From a virus (taxonomy: Duplodnaviria; Caudoviricetes), in the IMG/VR virus record IMGVR_UViG_3300032213_002237, positions 1-64,000 of that record: a stretch of 64,000 bases of DNA; one strand, given 5' to 3'. Below the pieces are notes generated by a model, which ran no database searches, was not told where the DNA came from, and saw nothing but the letters and a program-made list of their open reading frames with translations. Every line of letters starts with the position of its first letter. Within the stretch, counting starts at the first letter, position 1. Both the position numbers and the translations under genes were made by a program. Of the stretch, positions 48,392 to 57,505 are shown in pieces.

Positions 48392-49222
48392 TTAGATAGT
48401 TTGAATCCTTATATAATCATTTGTAGAAAATGAACGTTCCATGTCTTGGTCACTACCATCAACAAATACAGGGCATTTTGCCGATACACCTGGAAAACCA
48501 TTTATACGATAAAAACTTGTAGGTCTTAAACCACTACAAAAAGCATCCATAGCTTGATTTGAATTCGGGTTATCAAAGAAATTCTTTGAGGCTTGACTGT
48601 AATTAGAGTCTAAAAAATTACCTCCTGAATAATCCCCCTTAACTTTAGGATGAATGTGCCTATTCACTCTATCGTCAGGACATCCTGGTGTTCCTCTTTC
48701 ATTAAGTATTTTATTAAATAAATTCCATGGTAATGGTTTAACAACGTAATTAGAAGAATCGTTACCTGCCTTAAATGTGTAGACCCAACCGGTAGGATTA
48801 TTTTTATCTTTTTTACCTGTCCATTTTGGTTCAGAACAATGTTCCCCTTGCACAACAGTAATACCTTTGTCTGATAATAATTTTTGATATGCCTCTTTTT
48901 TAACTACAATCATTTCTGGATAATTTCCACCCACTTCACTCATTATCTCATATTTACCTACACCATAAACTTTATCACCAGTTTGTTTGGCAATTTCTTC
49001 TATATTACGACTTTGTTTTTGAGGAACCTCAACGACTTTAACACCACCATTAAGTGTTTTTATACCTAAATTAGATAAATCAGGATTTTGAGCCGTAGTT
49101 TGTGTCGTAGTTTGAGTTGTTCCAGTAGGTTGAGTAGTTGGTTGAACAGTATCTTCTTCATATAGAACTTTTTTGATTATTTTAACTAAATCATTTTCAG
49201 TTAGTCTAACTATTTTTGCCAT
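48392..49222 (-). CDS. hypothetical protein with shared leader
   Basis: MAKIVRLTENDLVKIIKKVLYE. Confidence 0.8.
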   Translation of the reverse strand: MAKIVRLTENDLVKIIKKVLYEEDTVQPTTQPTGTTQTTTQTTAQNPDLSNLGIKTLNGGVKVVEVPQKQSRNIEEIAKQTGDKVYGVGKYEIMSEVGGNYPEMIVVKKEAYQKLLSDKGITVVQGEHCSEPKWTGKKDKNNPTGWVYTFKAGNDSSNYVVKPLPWNLFNKILNERGTPGCPDDRVNRHIHPKVKGDYSGGNFLDSNYSQASKNFFDNPNSNQAMDAFCSGLRPTSFYRINGFPGVSAKCPVFVDGSDQDMERSFSTNDYIRIQTI

Positions 49223-49239
49223 AATAAAATATTTTATTT

Positions 49240-49368
49240 ATAAATATGTTTGTGTAGACGAATATTTTGTTTATATTTGTAGAAATAATTAAATAATCAA
49301 GTCCTATGAAAAACTTATTTCTTTCTCTTGTTTTAGTGATGGTTGGTTTAGTTGCTAATTCACAGGTT
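49240..49368 (+). repeat. promoter plus signal-peptide cassette, copy 2
   Basis: near-identical to 47861-47989. Confidence 0.85.
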
Positions 49369-49740
49369 GTAACTGTAACAATTACAAAGTTTCAAAATTT
49401 TAATCATAGTTCATCAATTCCAACATTTGATGCGATGGATTCGGATTTGATTGAATATCCTAATTACGGAATTGGAAAAAATGTTTACACATTTGACTTC
49501 AATAAAAGAACTGTTAACTTGGTAAACTGTAATGGTGAATTCGTATTACCAATCATTGAAGTTTTCAATACAAAAAATGTTTTTGATTGTATTGTTGATG
49601 ATAACGGAACTAAAACATACTACACACTTGGTAAAATTGAAGATGAGGATACTCTTGAATTTATTACTGAATACCAAGATGGTAATAGAGTTTTTGGTTC
49701 CTTTTCAAAAGGTAGTGATGTGACATTCACAACTAAATAA
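49306..49740 (+). CDS. secreted protein, paralog of 47927..48379
   Basis: identical 21-aa N-terminus; G..VYT.D..K pattern shared. Confidence 0.8.
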   Translation: MKNLFLSLVLVMVGLVANSQVVTVTITKFQNFNHSSSIPTFDAMDSDLIEYPNYGIGKNVYTFDFNKRTVNLVNCNGEFVLPIIEVFNTKNVFDCIVDDNGTKTYYTLGKIEDEDTLEFITEYQDGNRVFGSFSKGSDVTFTTK

Positions 49741-49769
49741 AAAAAGGGAAGATTAAATCTTCCCTTTTT
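49740..49769. terminator. bidirectional intrinsic terminator
   Basis: aaaaagggaagat-taa-atcttcccttttt. Confidence 0.85.
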
Positions 49770-49789
49770 AAATTTAAATTATCTTTATA

Positions 49790-50443
49790 TTAAACATTCA
49801 TTTTAGGAAGTCCAGCACTTGTTAACTGATTATTAACAATAAACTCAAACATCGCTTGGTCAAATGTTTCACCGGAATCCTGACCTCTTGTACCTAATAA
49901 TTTTTTAGCAGCTTCTACGTCATATAAATCACCGGCTCCCAATTTGGTCAAATAATCTTTCATTTTTTGTGTCCAAAGTGATTTAAAGGATTTTCCTTTT
50001 TCAGCCTTAGATGTGTATGTTGAGAATGGGTATGATTTAAATTCCTCAGGTGTTGAATAATATCTAGCTAACACACTTATATAATCTTTAAAGTTAGATA
50101 CCATATCACAACATGGATTTCCAGGTTCTGGAGAACCACAATAAGAAATCCAACCAACTTCTCTATCAGTTCCACGAGTTTTATTAAGAACATCATTAAA
50201 AACTGGGTCAAAAAACTCACATAGACCACCATTACTTGGTACATTCAAAAAATTATTAATATTTTTATCAGTTAACCCATTTAGTTTATAAGTAACACCG
50301 TTAATTAGTGTACCGGCAGCAGGTTGTCCTTGTTTTACAGGTTGAGTAACTTGTTCACTCAAATAATTCTTTTTGGTTGCACTTTCATGCATTTCCAATA
50401 TTCTTTGTTTTTCTTCTGAAGAAATTTCAAATAGTTTTCTCAT
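49790..50443 (-). CDS. hypothetical protein with shared leader
   Basis: MRKLFEISSEEKQRILEMH...YLSEQ; ATG 50443. Confidence 0.75.
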   Translation of the reverse strand: MRKLFEISSEEKQRILEMHESATKKNYLSEQVTQPVKQGQPAAGTLINGVTYKLNGLTDKNINNFLNVPSNGGLCEFFDPVFNDVLNKTRGTDREVGWISYCGSPEPGNPCCDMVSNFKDYISVLARYYSTPEEFKSYPFSTYTSKAEKGKSFKSLWTQKMKDYLTKLGAGDLYDVEAAKKLLGTRGQDSGETFDQAMFEFIVNNQLTSAGLPKMNV

Positions 50444-50514
50444 AATATAATTTTTATTAATAAATACATGTCGTTTTGAAAAAATTATATACTTATAGCT
50501 AAATAAATGAAATA

Positions 50515-50655
50515 ATGGCATCTAAAACAACTAAATCGTCTAACTCAACGAAGGTTTCATTCGGAGTTAAGAAATCAGGTAAATCAACAAAGAAATTTAC
50601 ATCCAATAAAACAAGTAAGAATTACAAAAAACCTTACAAAGGTCAAGGGAGATAA
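50515..50655 (+). CDS. 46-aa basic protein (not in ORF track)
   Basis: MASKTTKS...KNYKKPYKGQGR; ends 2 nt before next ATG. Confidence 0.7.
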   Translation: MASKTTKSSNSTKVSFGVKKSGKSTKKFTSNKTSKNYKKPYKGQGR

Positions 50656-50657
50656 AC

Positions 50658-50975
50658 ATGAAAGAATACATTAAAAAACAAATAGGAAACATTAAACAGT
50701 TTTCATTTGCCGAGATGACTTCCAATAGTTCAGGAAAAACATCAGGAAGTGGTACTGCAGGTCTTTATATCGTGTTTATCGGAGGTTTGACATTCCTTAT
50801 GGGTTGTATTGATAAAATGTTTTTAAACAAGGATATTGACGTTATAACACAATCAATAATTCTTGTTGGAATCGGAGCAACTCTTTTAGGTTACAGAAAA
50901 TCAAAAGATAAGACAGAAGAACCTAAGGTAGAAGAAGTAACAGAAACTACTGAAGAAAGTGAAACTATAAACTAG
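50658..50975 (+). CDS. two-TM membrane protein
   Basis: two hydrophobic helices, charged tail. Confidence 0.75.
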   Translation: MKEYIKKQIGNIKQFSFAEMTSNSSGKTSGSGTAGLYIVFIGGLTFLMGCIDKMFLNKDIDVITQSIILVGIGATLLGYRKSKDKTEEPKVEEVTETTEESETIN

Positions 50976-51568
50976 TTCCACCAACTTTCAATATTTTCAC
51001 TCAAGATTTTGAAAAGTAATTTCCTTGCTCTTTCGTGATTGTATCTTCCAATATTCAAGGCAATTCTTGATTTAACTTCGTATGAAGTTAAATCCTCGTT
51101 GTCTATTTTAAAAATATGATATTTTTTATCAGTAACAATTTTCTTATAAACCAATGGATATTTTTTGAAAAAATCATTTAAGTTTTCTTTTTTCAAAAGT
51201 GTCTCCATATAATAACCACCCAATACATCTTCAATATCATCACCTGTCGGAACAAAGAAAAAATCTTTATCCTCGTAGTCCATATATTCCATAACATAAA
51301 ACTCTTCCTGAACTTTTTCCATCAGTTTAACACACAACATAATCCTTTTAGCATCAAGGTCTGAATTAGTGTGAAATCCTTTTTCTTTAATGTACTTAGC
51401 TTGTTTTTCTAACTTGAACTTGAATACCTCAAAAATATAATGGTCATCCCAATCCCTGTCTTTCCAAATAACAGGAAACCATTTAATTAAATTACCGACA
51501 GAGGTAAAAAAACCTCTTACCTTATAACCAATTTTAGACCAATAAATGTCTTTTATTTTTTCAATCAT
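50972..51568 (-). CDS. conserved phage hypothetical protein
   Basis: WFPVIWKDRDWD...IESWW. Confidence 0.75.
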   Translation of the reverse strand: MIEKIKDIYWSKIGYKVRGFFTSVGNLIKWFPVIWKDRDWDDHYIFEVFKFKLEKQAKYIKEKGFHTNSDLDAKRIMLCVKLMEKVQEEFYVMEYMDYEDKDFFFVPTGDDIEDVLGGYYMETLLKKENLNDFFKKYPLVYKKIVTDKKYHIFKIDNEDLTSYEVKSRIALNIGRYNHERARKLLFKILSENIESWWN

Positions 51569-51771
51569 AATTCAAGAATTGATTTCTTACTAATTAAACT
51601 TTTCTTTAAGGAAACAATACTACATTCAAAGTCCAAAGAATATTGTGTTAATTCTTCAGAATTTTCATACTTTTTAACATAAAAATCAATCAGATTTTCC
51701 GCAGATTGAATTTGTCCGAAATGTGTTATTGAACCAATAACTTTACGTATCCATTGAAAGTCCCTATCCAT
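51565..51771 (-). CDS. hypothetical protein
   Basis: TATATTTGtcctATG start at 51771. Confidence 0.65.
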   Translation of the reverse strand: MDRDFQWIRKVIGSITHFGQIQSAENLIDFYVKKYENSEELTQYSLDFECSIVSLKKSLISKKSILEL

Positions 51772-51794
51772 AGGACAAATATACATAATCTTTC

Positions 51795-52178
51795 TTAATT
51801 ATACAACAACTCAGTTAATTGAGGGTTACTTTTTTCATACATACGTATCATAATCCCCGCTTCAGAGTTTGCAAAGTTTTCTTGAGATACGGTGTTAAAC
51901 CCTTGCAATTTGACATTTCTTTGACGAGCAAACTCATGAACCCACTCGTGAGCAATAGTTCTTAAAATGTCAATTAACATTCTTCCACCAGCAAGAACTT
52001 TAATTCTACCAAGTATTTCACTACCTGTAGTCATTTTACCAAAACGTTCACCAAGAAGATGTATATCAACATCTTTCTTAAGTGGAGAGTTTTTTTGGCA
52101 AAATCTCAAGAAGTCCTGAATAACATTTATCTGTTCAGAACCAAGTCCACTAGATTTATCATATAAATTTACTTTCAT
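51795..52178 (-). CDS. HExxH zincin-like protein
   Basis: ILRTIAHEWVHEF...ENFAN. Confidence 0.7.
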   Translation of the reverse strand: MKVNLYDKSSGLGSEQINVIQDFLRFCQKNSPLKKDVDIHLLGERFGKMTTGSEILGRIKVLAGGRMLIDILRTIAHEWVHEFARQRNVKLQGFNTVSQENFANSEAGIMIRMYEKSNPQLTELLYN

Positions 52179-52219
52179 CTTAACAATAAATATCTTATAT
52201 TTCTTTTGTATATATAATT

Positions 52220-52489
52220 ATGAAAAAGAGTTTTTTTGAAAAAGTCTTAAATAAAACAAACAAACAAGACATCGACCAATGGTTTGGTGAAAATTCCGAA
52301 ATCAAAGTTACGGAATTTTCTCACTCAATTAGTCAGAAAAAAAACATTTTATCAGTAAAATTATACCCATCAAATTATGAATACGCTATCGAACTTTTTC
52401 CGGAAGGCTTGGAAATTCTTGTCTTACATACTATCAAAAGTCTTTCACTTCCTGAGGATTATATATTAACAACATCTATAGAACACTAA
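52220..52489 (+). CDS. hypothetical protein
   Basis: ORF. Confidence 0.65.
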   Translation: MKKSFFEKVLNKTNKQDIDQWFGENSEIKVTEFSHSISQKKNILSVKLYPSNYEYAIELFPEGLEILVLHTIKSLSLPEDYILTTSIEH

Positions 52490-52492
52490 ATT

Positions 52493-52846
52493 ATGGCACA
52501 TCCAATAATCCATGCAAAATCATCGGTAAAAAAATTCGGAGGAAAATGGGAAGATTATATCCATTTACACGAATGGTTAGATGAAACAAAAGGTTGGTAC
52601 GGACATTCATTACACAGAATATGGAGACATCACTCTGAAGGTATATTTGAAATGGAACAACGTTTTGGTGCCGAATTTAAAAACAGTGATGGAAAAACTG
52701 TATACACCCGTTATGTTGGTGAACAACATGTAATGGAAGATTGTAATGGATATATCCCATCGGCAAAAGAATGGGTGTTAGCATTAGAAAATAAACAAAG
52801 ACCTTTATGGATGATTAAAACCATGAAGTTAGAAATTGATGATTGA
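52493..52846 (+). CDS. DUF6915-like His-rich protein
   Basis: MAHP..HA.SS.KKFGG...H.W.D...HR..RHH..G...EQHV.ED. Confidence 0.7.
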   Translation: MAHPIIHAKSSVKKFGGKWEDYIHLHEWLDETKGWYGHSLHRIWRHHSEGIFEMEQRFGAEFKNSDGKTVYTRYVGEQHVMEDCNGYIPSAKEWVLALENKQRPLWMIKTMKLEIDD

Positions 52847-52857
52847 TATTTATTATT

Positions 52858-53556
52858 ATGAAAGAATTATTAAATAACCCTGAAACTATAAAAAATTTTA
52901 AACTTTTACATTATATCCTATTAAGTAATGGTCTTACTCGTGTCAGTAATGACTTTTATGTTGATTACGACGGGAATGTTGATTATCACTTCTCACCTTG
53001 GACTAATAAAGGTGGAGCTTATGATATTATACCTAATAAATTATTTGATTTTTTAGATAATTTTTTTGACACTATTAAAGATGAAGTTTTAGATTCATTA
53101 GAAGGTGATGGTGATTCTAGAGCAACGGTGTCATGTGAGTATTCAACAACAGACAAAACTTTAATAATTGAAGAAAATATTCAAACTATGGGTTATGAAT
53201 CATATTACCAAGAGTTTGAAATTGACGAAAAGGAATTACTTGAAGATATGGTTCAGTGGAAAGAAGATGGTAAACTTAAAATTAGTGTTAATTTTAGCGG
53301 TGATGGTGATTCAGGTTATATTGATGACGTTGGTCTAATCAATGATACTGATGACAAACATTATGAATTTACAGCGGTTTGGGAAAATAAGTTATACAAC
53401 ATTTTGGAACAAAATCATGGTGGATGGGAAATAAATGAAGGCTCTGAGGGAACATTTATAATTAACAATGAAAACCAAACTATAGAACTAGATTTTCGTA
53501 TGAATGTTGAAGAATCTTCAACAGGTTACGAATTTAAACACCAATTTGAGTTTTAA
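52858..53556 (+). CDS. DUF6878-like acidic protein
   Basis: FSGDGDSG and GWEINEGSEG motifs; ATG 52858. Confidence 0.6.
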   Translation: MKELLNNPETIKNFKLLHYILLSNGLTRVSNDFYVDYDGNVDYHFSPWTNKGGAYDIIPNKLFDFLDNFFDTIKDEVLDSLEGDGDSRATVSCEYSTTDKTLIIEENIQTMGYESYYQEFEIDEKELLEDMVQWKEDGKLKISVNFSGDGDSGYIDDVGLINDTDDKHYEFTAVWENKLYNILEQNHGGWEINEGSEGTFIINNENQTIELDFRMNVEESSTGYEFKHQFEF

Positions 53557-53870
53557 TAAACCTGAATAGTTCTTTGTGGTCTGTCATCACCAAAGTCAGG
53601 ACAGAAATAAACATTATTACCATCGTGGTAAACTGTTCCACCAACTCCATTAGGAATTTTGTGTTTTTCATGGAATTTTTCACCCAAATCTATTTGGTGA
53701 TTACCATCTTTGATAATAAAACATAAGTTTTCAAAATCACACTTATATTGTTGGTCCTTGTTTTTATGTTTCATAAACTCGTCAAAAGACATTACGTATC
53801 TTGCATCTTCGTTAAGGTATCTTTTAACGATAAATTCTAATTGGTTTTCTGTGATAATAAACTTTTTCAT
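53553..53870 (-). CDS. hypothetical protein with shared leader
   Basis: MKKFIITENQLEFIVKRYLNE. Confidence 0.75.
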   Translation of the reverse strand: MKKFIITENQLEFIVKRYLNEDARYVMSFDEFMKHKNKDQQYKCDFENLCFIIKDGNHQIDLGEKFHEKHKIPNGVGGTVYHDGNNVYFCPDFGDDRPQRTIQVY

Positions 53871-53888
53871 ATTCTATAAATATAAGGG

Positions 53889-55679
53889 TTAAGAATAAAT
53901 TCCTTGACTATAAATTTTCCATTCTTTTTTTCGTCTGTCTTCGTATGGAAAATCAATAAAATGTTGTTCAACATTTCGTAAATTATTTGGATTATTTTTT
54001 AACGCTGCTGATAAATTTGGAGCTTCTTTTGTACAACCATCAAATCCCATTTGATAACATAATGAACACATCGCGTCTAATTGTTGTTGACTTAAGTTTG
54101 GGTATAAATTAAGTATTTTTTTTGCGTTTTTGTTTAATGTGTTTTTCATTAATTCTTTTGCCTTTGTTTCGGTAATATCAGGGTCATTAGGTTTAACAGG
54201 TATTCCACCAGGATAATACGTTGTACCATAACCTATTGTTGCCTTTGCTCCGGGAGTTGGGGATTTTCCTCTTAAACAACAATCAGGTTCTTTTCTCACA
54301 CATTTACCACCTTTAGCGTCGTCATAAACACACTTAACAAAAAACTCAATATTCGCTACAAAATTTACAAGTTTATCTGAAACTGTTCCGACCCCAACTG
54401 TATTTGAATTTGATGACTTTTCTTTTGCAATTTTTGCAATTTTTTTAGCACCAGCTTTAACTGCATCAACAGCACCTCCTGAATTTGGTGTCATTTGGTC
54501 TTTTGATGGTGCCATAGAAGACCATGTATTCATTAAATTTGATTCTTCTTTTTTATCATCAGAACCAAAATATTTGTTATAGAAATCCATAGTCGATGTT
54601 TGCTCATTAATATTTGGTCTTAAAACCGTCATAGCCTCAGGGAAGTCTTTGTTTAAAACATCCTCATCCTTATTTGTGTAAGGAATGTTTTGTAAAACGT
54701 ATCTAATTGAGTTTAGACCTGAAATCTTTTTATCGTTAGAATCCAAAACAACCCACGGATGATTCACTGTAGATGTCTTATCAAAAAGTTTTTGTTTATA
54801 TTCTGTAAACTTTTCCCACACATCTTGCATCTTCTCATCATTCTCAGAATACTTCCAATATTTCAATGGTGACTTCTGTCTGAAATCAAATCTCTTAGCT
54901 TGAGTTTCTTTATCTATTGAGAACCAAAGTTTAAATAAGTAATCCCCATCAACAACCAATGATTCTTCAAAATCCTGAACATTATCCATAAAGTCTTCGT
55001 ACTCTTCTGACGAACCATAACCCATTACAGGTTCAACTAATCCTCTATTGTACCAACTTCTATCAAAGAAGTTTATCTTACCTTTTTCAATTTGATTACT
55101 GTATCTATCCCACCAGTTCTTTCTTTCATCAGGTGTTGGGATACCAAGAGCAATAACTTTATAATATCTTGGATTTAAATTTTCAGTGAATTTCTTAATT
55201 GTAGAACCTTTACCTGCCGAGTCTCTTCCTTCAAAAACAATTATAACAGTTTTACCTGTTTGTTTTAACCATTCCTGTAACTTTAAAAGTTCAACCTGTA
55301 GAAAAAATATTTCTTTTTTATAAATGTCTTTATCTAAAATTGATGGTTCTTCTTCAGGATTAACAACTTCTTTTTTATTTTTTCTTTTTTCTAATGATTT
55401 AGTTAGTTGTTTGAAAAATTCAAAAACATTAATATCTTTGTTACCTTTTAACTTTAAAGTTTTTAAAACACCTCTTGTTATTAATCCAAAATCAACCAAA
55501 CCGTCTTTTGAGTAATCATCAATTTTATTAATAAATTTTTGAATTTGAGCACTATACACTTTATTATCTTTTAAAACTGAAACAAGATATTTTATTTCAG
55601 GGCTATATTTTGGCTTATCGGCCTCTTGTAAACCCATCATGTTTTTCATCTTACTAACTTCAGTCAATAAATTCCTCAT
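53889..55679 (-). CDS. ppk2: polyphosphate kinase 2 fused to C-terminal GH24 lysozyme-like domain
   Basis: FEGRDSAGKG, FDRSWYNR, SPLKYWK; C-terminal IE...TIGYGT...QQQLDAMCSL.YQMG...RRKKE. Confidence 0.85.
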   Translation of the reverse strand: MRNLLTEVSKMKNMMGLQEADKPKYSPEIKYLVSVLKDNKVYSAQIQKFINKIDDYSKDGLVDFGLITRGVLKTLKLKGNKDINVFEFFKQLTKSLEKRKNKKEVVNPEEEPSILDKDIYKKEIFFLQVELLKLQEWLKQTGKTVIIVFEGRDSAGKGSTIKKFTENLNPRYYKVIALGIPTPDERKNWWDRYSNQIEKGKINFFDRSWYNRGLVEPVMGYGSSEEYEDFMDNVQDFEESLVVDGDYLFKLWFSIDKETQAKRFDFRQKSPLKYWKYSENDEKMQDVWEKFTEYKQKLFDKTSTVNHPWVVLDSNDKKISGLNSIRYVLQNIPYTNKDEDVLNKDFPEAMTVLRPNINEQTSTMDFYNKYFGSDDKKEESNLMNTWSSMAPSKDQMTPNSGGAVDAVKAGAKKIAKIAKEKSSNSNTVGVGTVSDKLVNFVANIEFFVKCVYDDAKGGKCVRKEPDCCLRGKSPTPGAKATIGYGTTYYPGGIPVKPNDPDITETKAKELMKNTLNKNAKKILNLYPNLSQQQLDAMCSLCYQMGFDGCTKEAPNLSAALKNNPNNLRNVEQHFIDFPYEDRRKKEWKIYSQGIYS

Positions 55680-55752
55680 ACTGATAAATACTTTTTAATA
55701 AATATTTTGTTAATCTTGATTATTTTTAATAAAACGCATATATTTAATTTTA

Positions 55753-55821
55753 ATGACTACAAAAAAAGTTAAAAGAAAATTACGAAATTTAAATAACAAT
55801 AATATTTTTAAGAAATCCTGA
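55753..55821 (+). promoter_or_regulatory. putative Asn-rich leader peptide MTTKKVKRKLRNLNNNNIFKKS
   Basis: 22-codon ORF with 5 Asn in 6 codons, running into a terminator. Confidence 0.55.
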
Positions 55822-55841
55822 CATTTGTCAGGATTTTTTTT
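55813..55841 (+). terminator. leader (attenuator-like) terminator
   Basis: aaatcctgac-attt-gtcaggattt then T-run, 35 nt before ATG 55877. Confidence 0.8.
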
Positions 55842-55876
55842 GCCCTTTTAATAAATAAAACAAAAAAAACAAAAAA

Positions 55877-56701
55877 ATGAAAAACACAGAAACTTACAAC
55901 GAGTTAGTTCAAAAAATGAGAACATTCTTCCAAAACAAAGGTTTTAAAGAAGTTCCAACCCAATCAAGATTGTCAATCTTGGCAGCGTGTGAAAATCCAC
56001 ACTCAATAACAACATTTAATTATCAAGGAGAAGTTTGGCCACTACCACAGACGGGTCAAATGTGGTTAGAATACGAACTTCTTAAGAATCCTGAATGGAA
56101 TGGTGTTTATTGTATTTCAACGTCTTATAGACAAGAAAAAGACCCAATTCCAGGTCGTCATGAAATGATTTTTCCAATGTTTGAGTTCGAATCAAAAGGT
56201 GGGATGAAAGAAATGTTAAAACTTGAATCTGAACTTTTAGATTATTTAGGGTTTGATTCACCTGTAGAAGTTAACTACGATGATGTATGTGAAGAGTACG
56301 GTGGGGTTTCAATTTTAGAAAACGAACACGAAACAAGAATGTGGGAAGAAAAAGGACCAGTAGTATCATTACAGAATTTCCCATACAGAACAAATCCATT
56401 TTGGAACATGAGAGAAAGTGAAAACAAAATATTCAACAAAGTTGATGTAATTCTTTACGGACAAGAAACAATTGGTTCGGCTGAAAGAAGTTCTAACGTG
56501 GAAGAAATGAGAAATAATTTCTACACAATAGAAAATGGAAAATATTCTGAAAAACTATTTGAGCTATTCGGTAAAGAAAGAGTTGAGAAAGAATTAGAAG
56601 AATTTTTATCACACAATTTCTTCCCACGATTTGGTGGTGGTATCGGAATGACTCGTTTATCAAGAGCTTACGAATTACTACAACAAGAAGTTACAGTATA
56701 A
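55877..56701 (+). CDS. class IIb aaRS catalytic-domain paralog (AsnRS-like asparagine synthetase)
   Basis: motif 2 SYRQE...GRH...FEFE, ETIGSAER, motif 3 GGGIGMTRL; no anticodon domain. Confidence 0.75.
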   Translation: MKNTETYNELVQKMRTFFQNKGFKEVPTQSRLSILAACENPHSITTFNYQGEVWPLPQTGQMWLEYELLKNPEWNGVYCISTSYRQEKDPIPGRHEMIFPMFEFESKGGMKEMLKLESELLDYLGFDSPVEVNYDDVCEEYGGVSILENEHETRMWEEKGPVVSLQNFPYRTNPFWNMRESENKIFNKVDVILYGQETIGSAERSSNVEEMRNNFYTIENGKYSEKLFELFGKERVEKELEEFLSHNFFPRFGGGIGMTRLSRAYELLQQEVTV

Positions 56702-56706
56702 ACTAC

Positions 56707-56733
56707 AAATCCCCTCATTTGAGGGGATTTTTT
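56707..56733. terminator. bidirectional intrinsic terminator
   Basis: aaatcccctca-tt-tgaggggattt. Confidence 0.8.
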
Positions 56734-56897
56734 TATTCTTTAATCTCTTTCATCAACTTACCCCACAAGACTGTCTGTAATAGGATAAGACCAGTACTTA
56801 AAACAAATACAGGTAATGATGGTGAGGTTACCATTAATACAACTGATAATACAAGAGCGAACATTGCTGAAGTCAATTTTAGTTTTAAGTTTTTCAT
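56733..56897 (-). CDS. 54-aa two-TM membrane protein (not in ORF track)
   Basis: MKNLKLKLTSAMFALVLSVVLMV...; TATATTTGtagaa upstream. Confidence 0.7.
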   Translation of the reverse strand: MKNLKLKLTSAMFALVLSVVLMVTSPSLPVFVLSTGLILLQTVLWGKLMKEIKE

Positions 56898-56977
56898 AGT
56901 GGTGTTAGTGTTAATTGTTCTACAAATATAAACAAAAAAACTCCCGATTGGGAGTTTTTCATTATTTTTTTTAAAAA

Positions 56978-57394
56978 TTAACGTCTTCTAATGTGTCTTC
57001 TGATACTCTCAGCCATTGGATTCATTGGTTCTTCATCTTCCATATCCATATTATCCACTTCAACTTCAGAATCCATTTCTTCACCTGAATCCATTTTATT
57101 ACTTTCGTAATCTTGGATAATAGACTTAAGTTCCATTGCTTCTTTTTGTTTCCCTTTAGTATTTCTTAATTCACTATAAAGTTCTTTAAGATAATCCCAT
57201 CCAGCAATACCTAAAAGTCCAATAGTTGTTCCAACCATTGTTACGATAGCACTACCAGTCTCCATAGCTTCGGGATTAAAGAAGTTTTCAACTTCCTCAC
57301 TAACTCTGTTTCTTTTATTTCTCTTTGTTTCTTTAACTACTGTTTTAATTAAGTTAGTTAATTCTGATTCTGATAATCTTACAACTTTTTTCAT
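56978..57394 (-). CDS. hypothetical protein with leader and TM segment
   Basis: MKKVVRLSESELTNLIKTVVKE. Confidence 0.78.
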   Translation of the reverse strand: MKKVVRLSESELTNLIKTVVKETKRNKRNRVSEEVENFFNPEAMETGSAIVTMVGTTIGLLGIAGWDYLKELYSELRNTKGKQKEAMELKSIIQDYESNKMDSGEEMDSEVEVDNMDMEDEEPMNPMAESIRRHIRRR

Positions 57395-57505
57395 TTTTTT
57401 ATATTTTTTTTTATTTTAAGTATTAATCACATTAATATGTTATAAATATTCAGAAATTTTGATTTATCACTTTGAAAATACATTTTTTTCATTTATTATT
57501 GAAAT

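Noticed and set aside
55877-56701. Functional aminoacyl-tRNA synthetase or pseudogene
   Set aside because: No anticodon-binding domain but intact catalytic motifs and no upstream remnant; fits a catalytic-only paralog
56719-56931. 70-aa plus-strand ORF from the track
   Set aside because: Starts inside a terminator; the minus-strand 54-aa ORF has a promoter motif and a plausible membrane sequence
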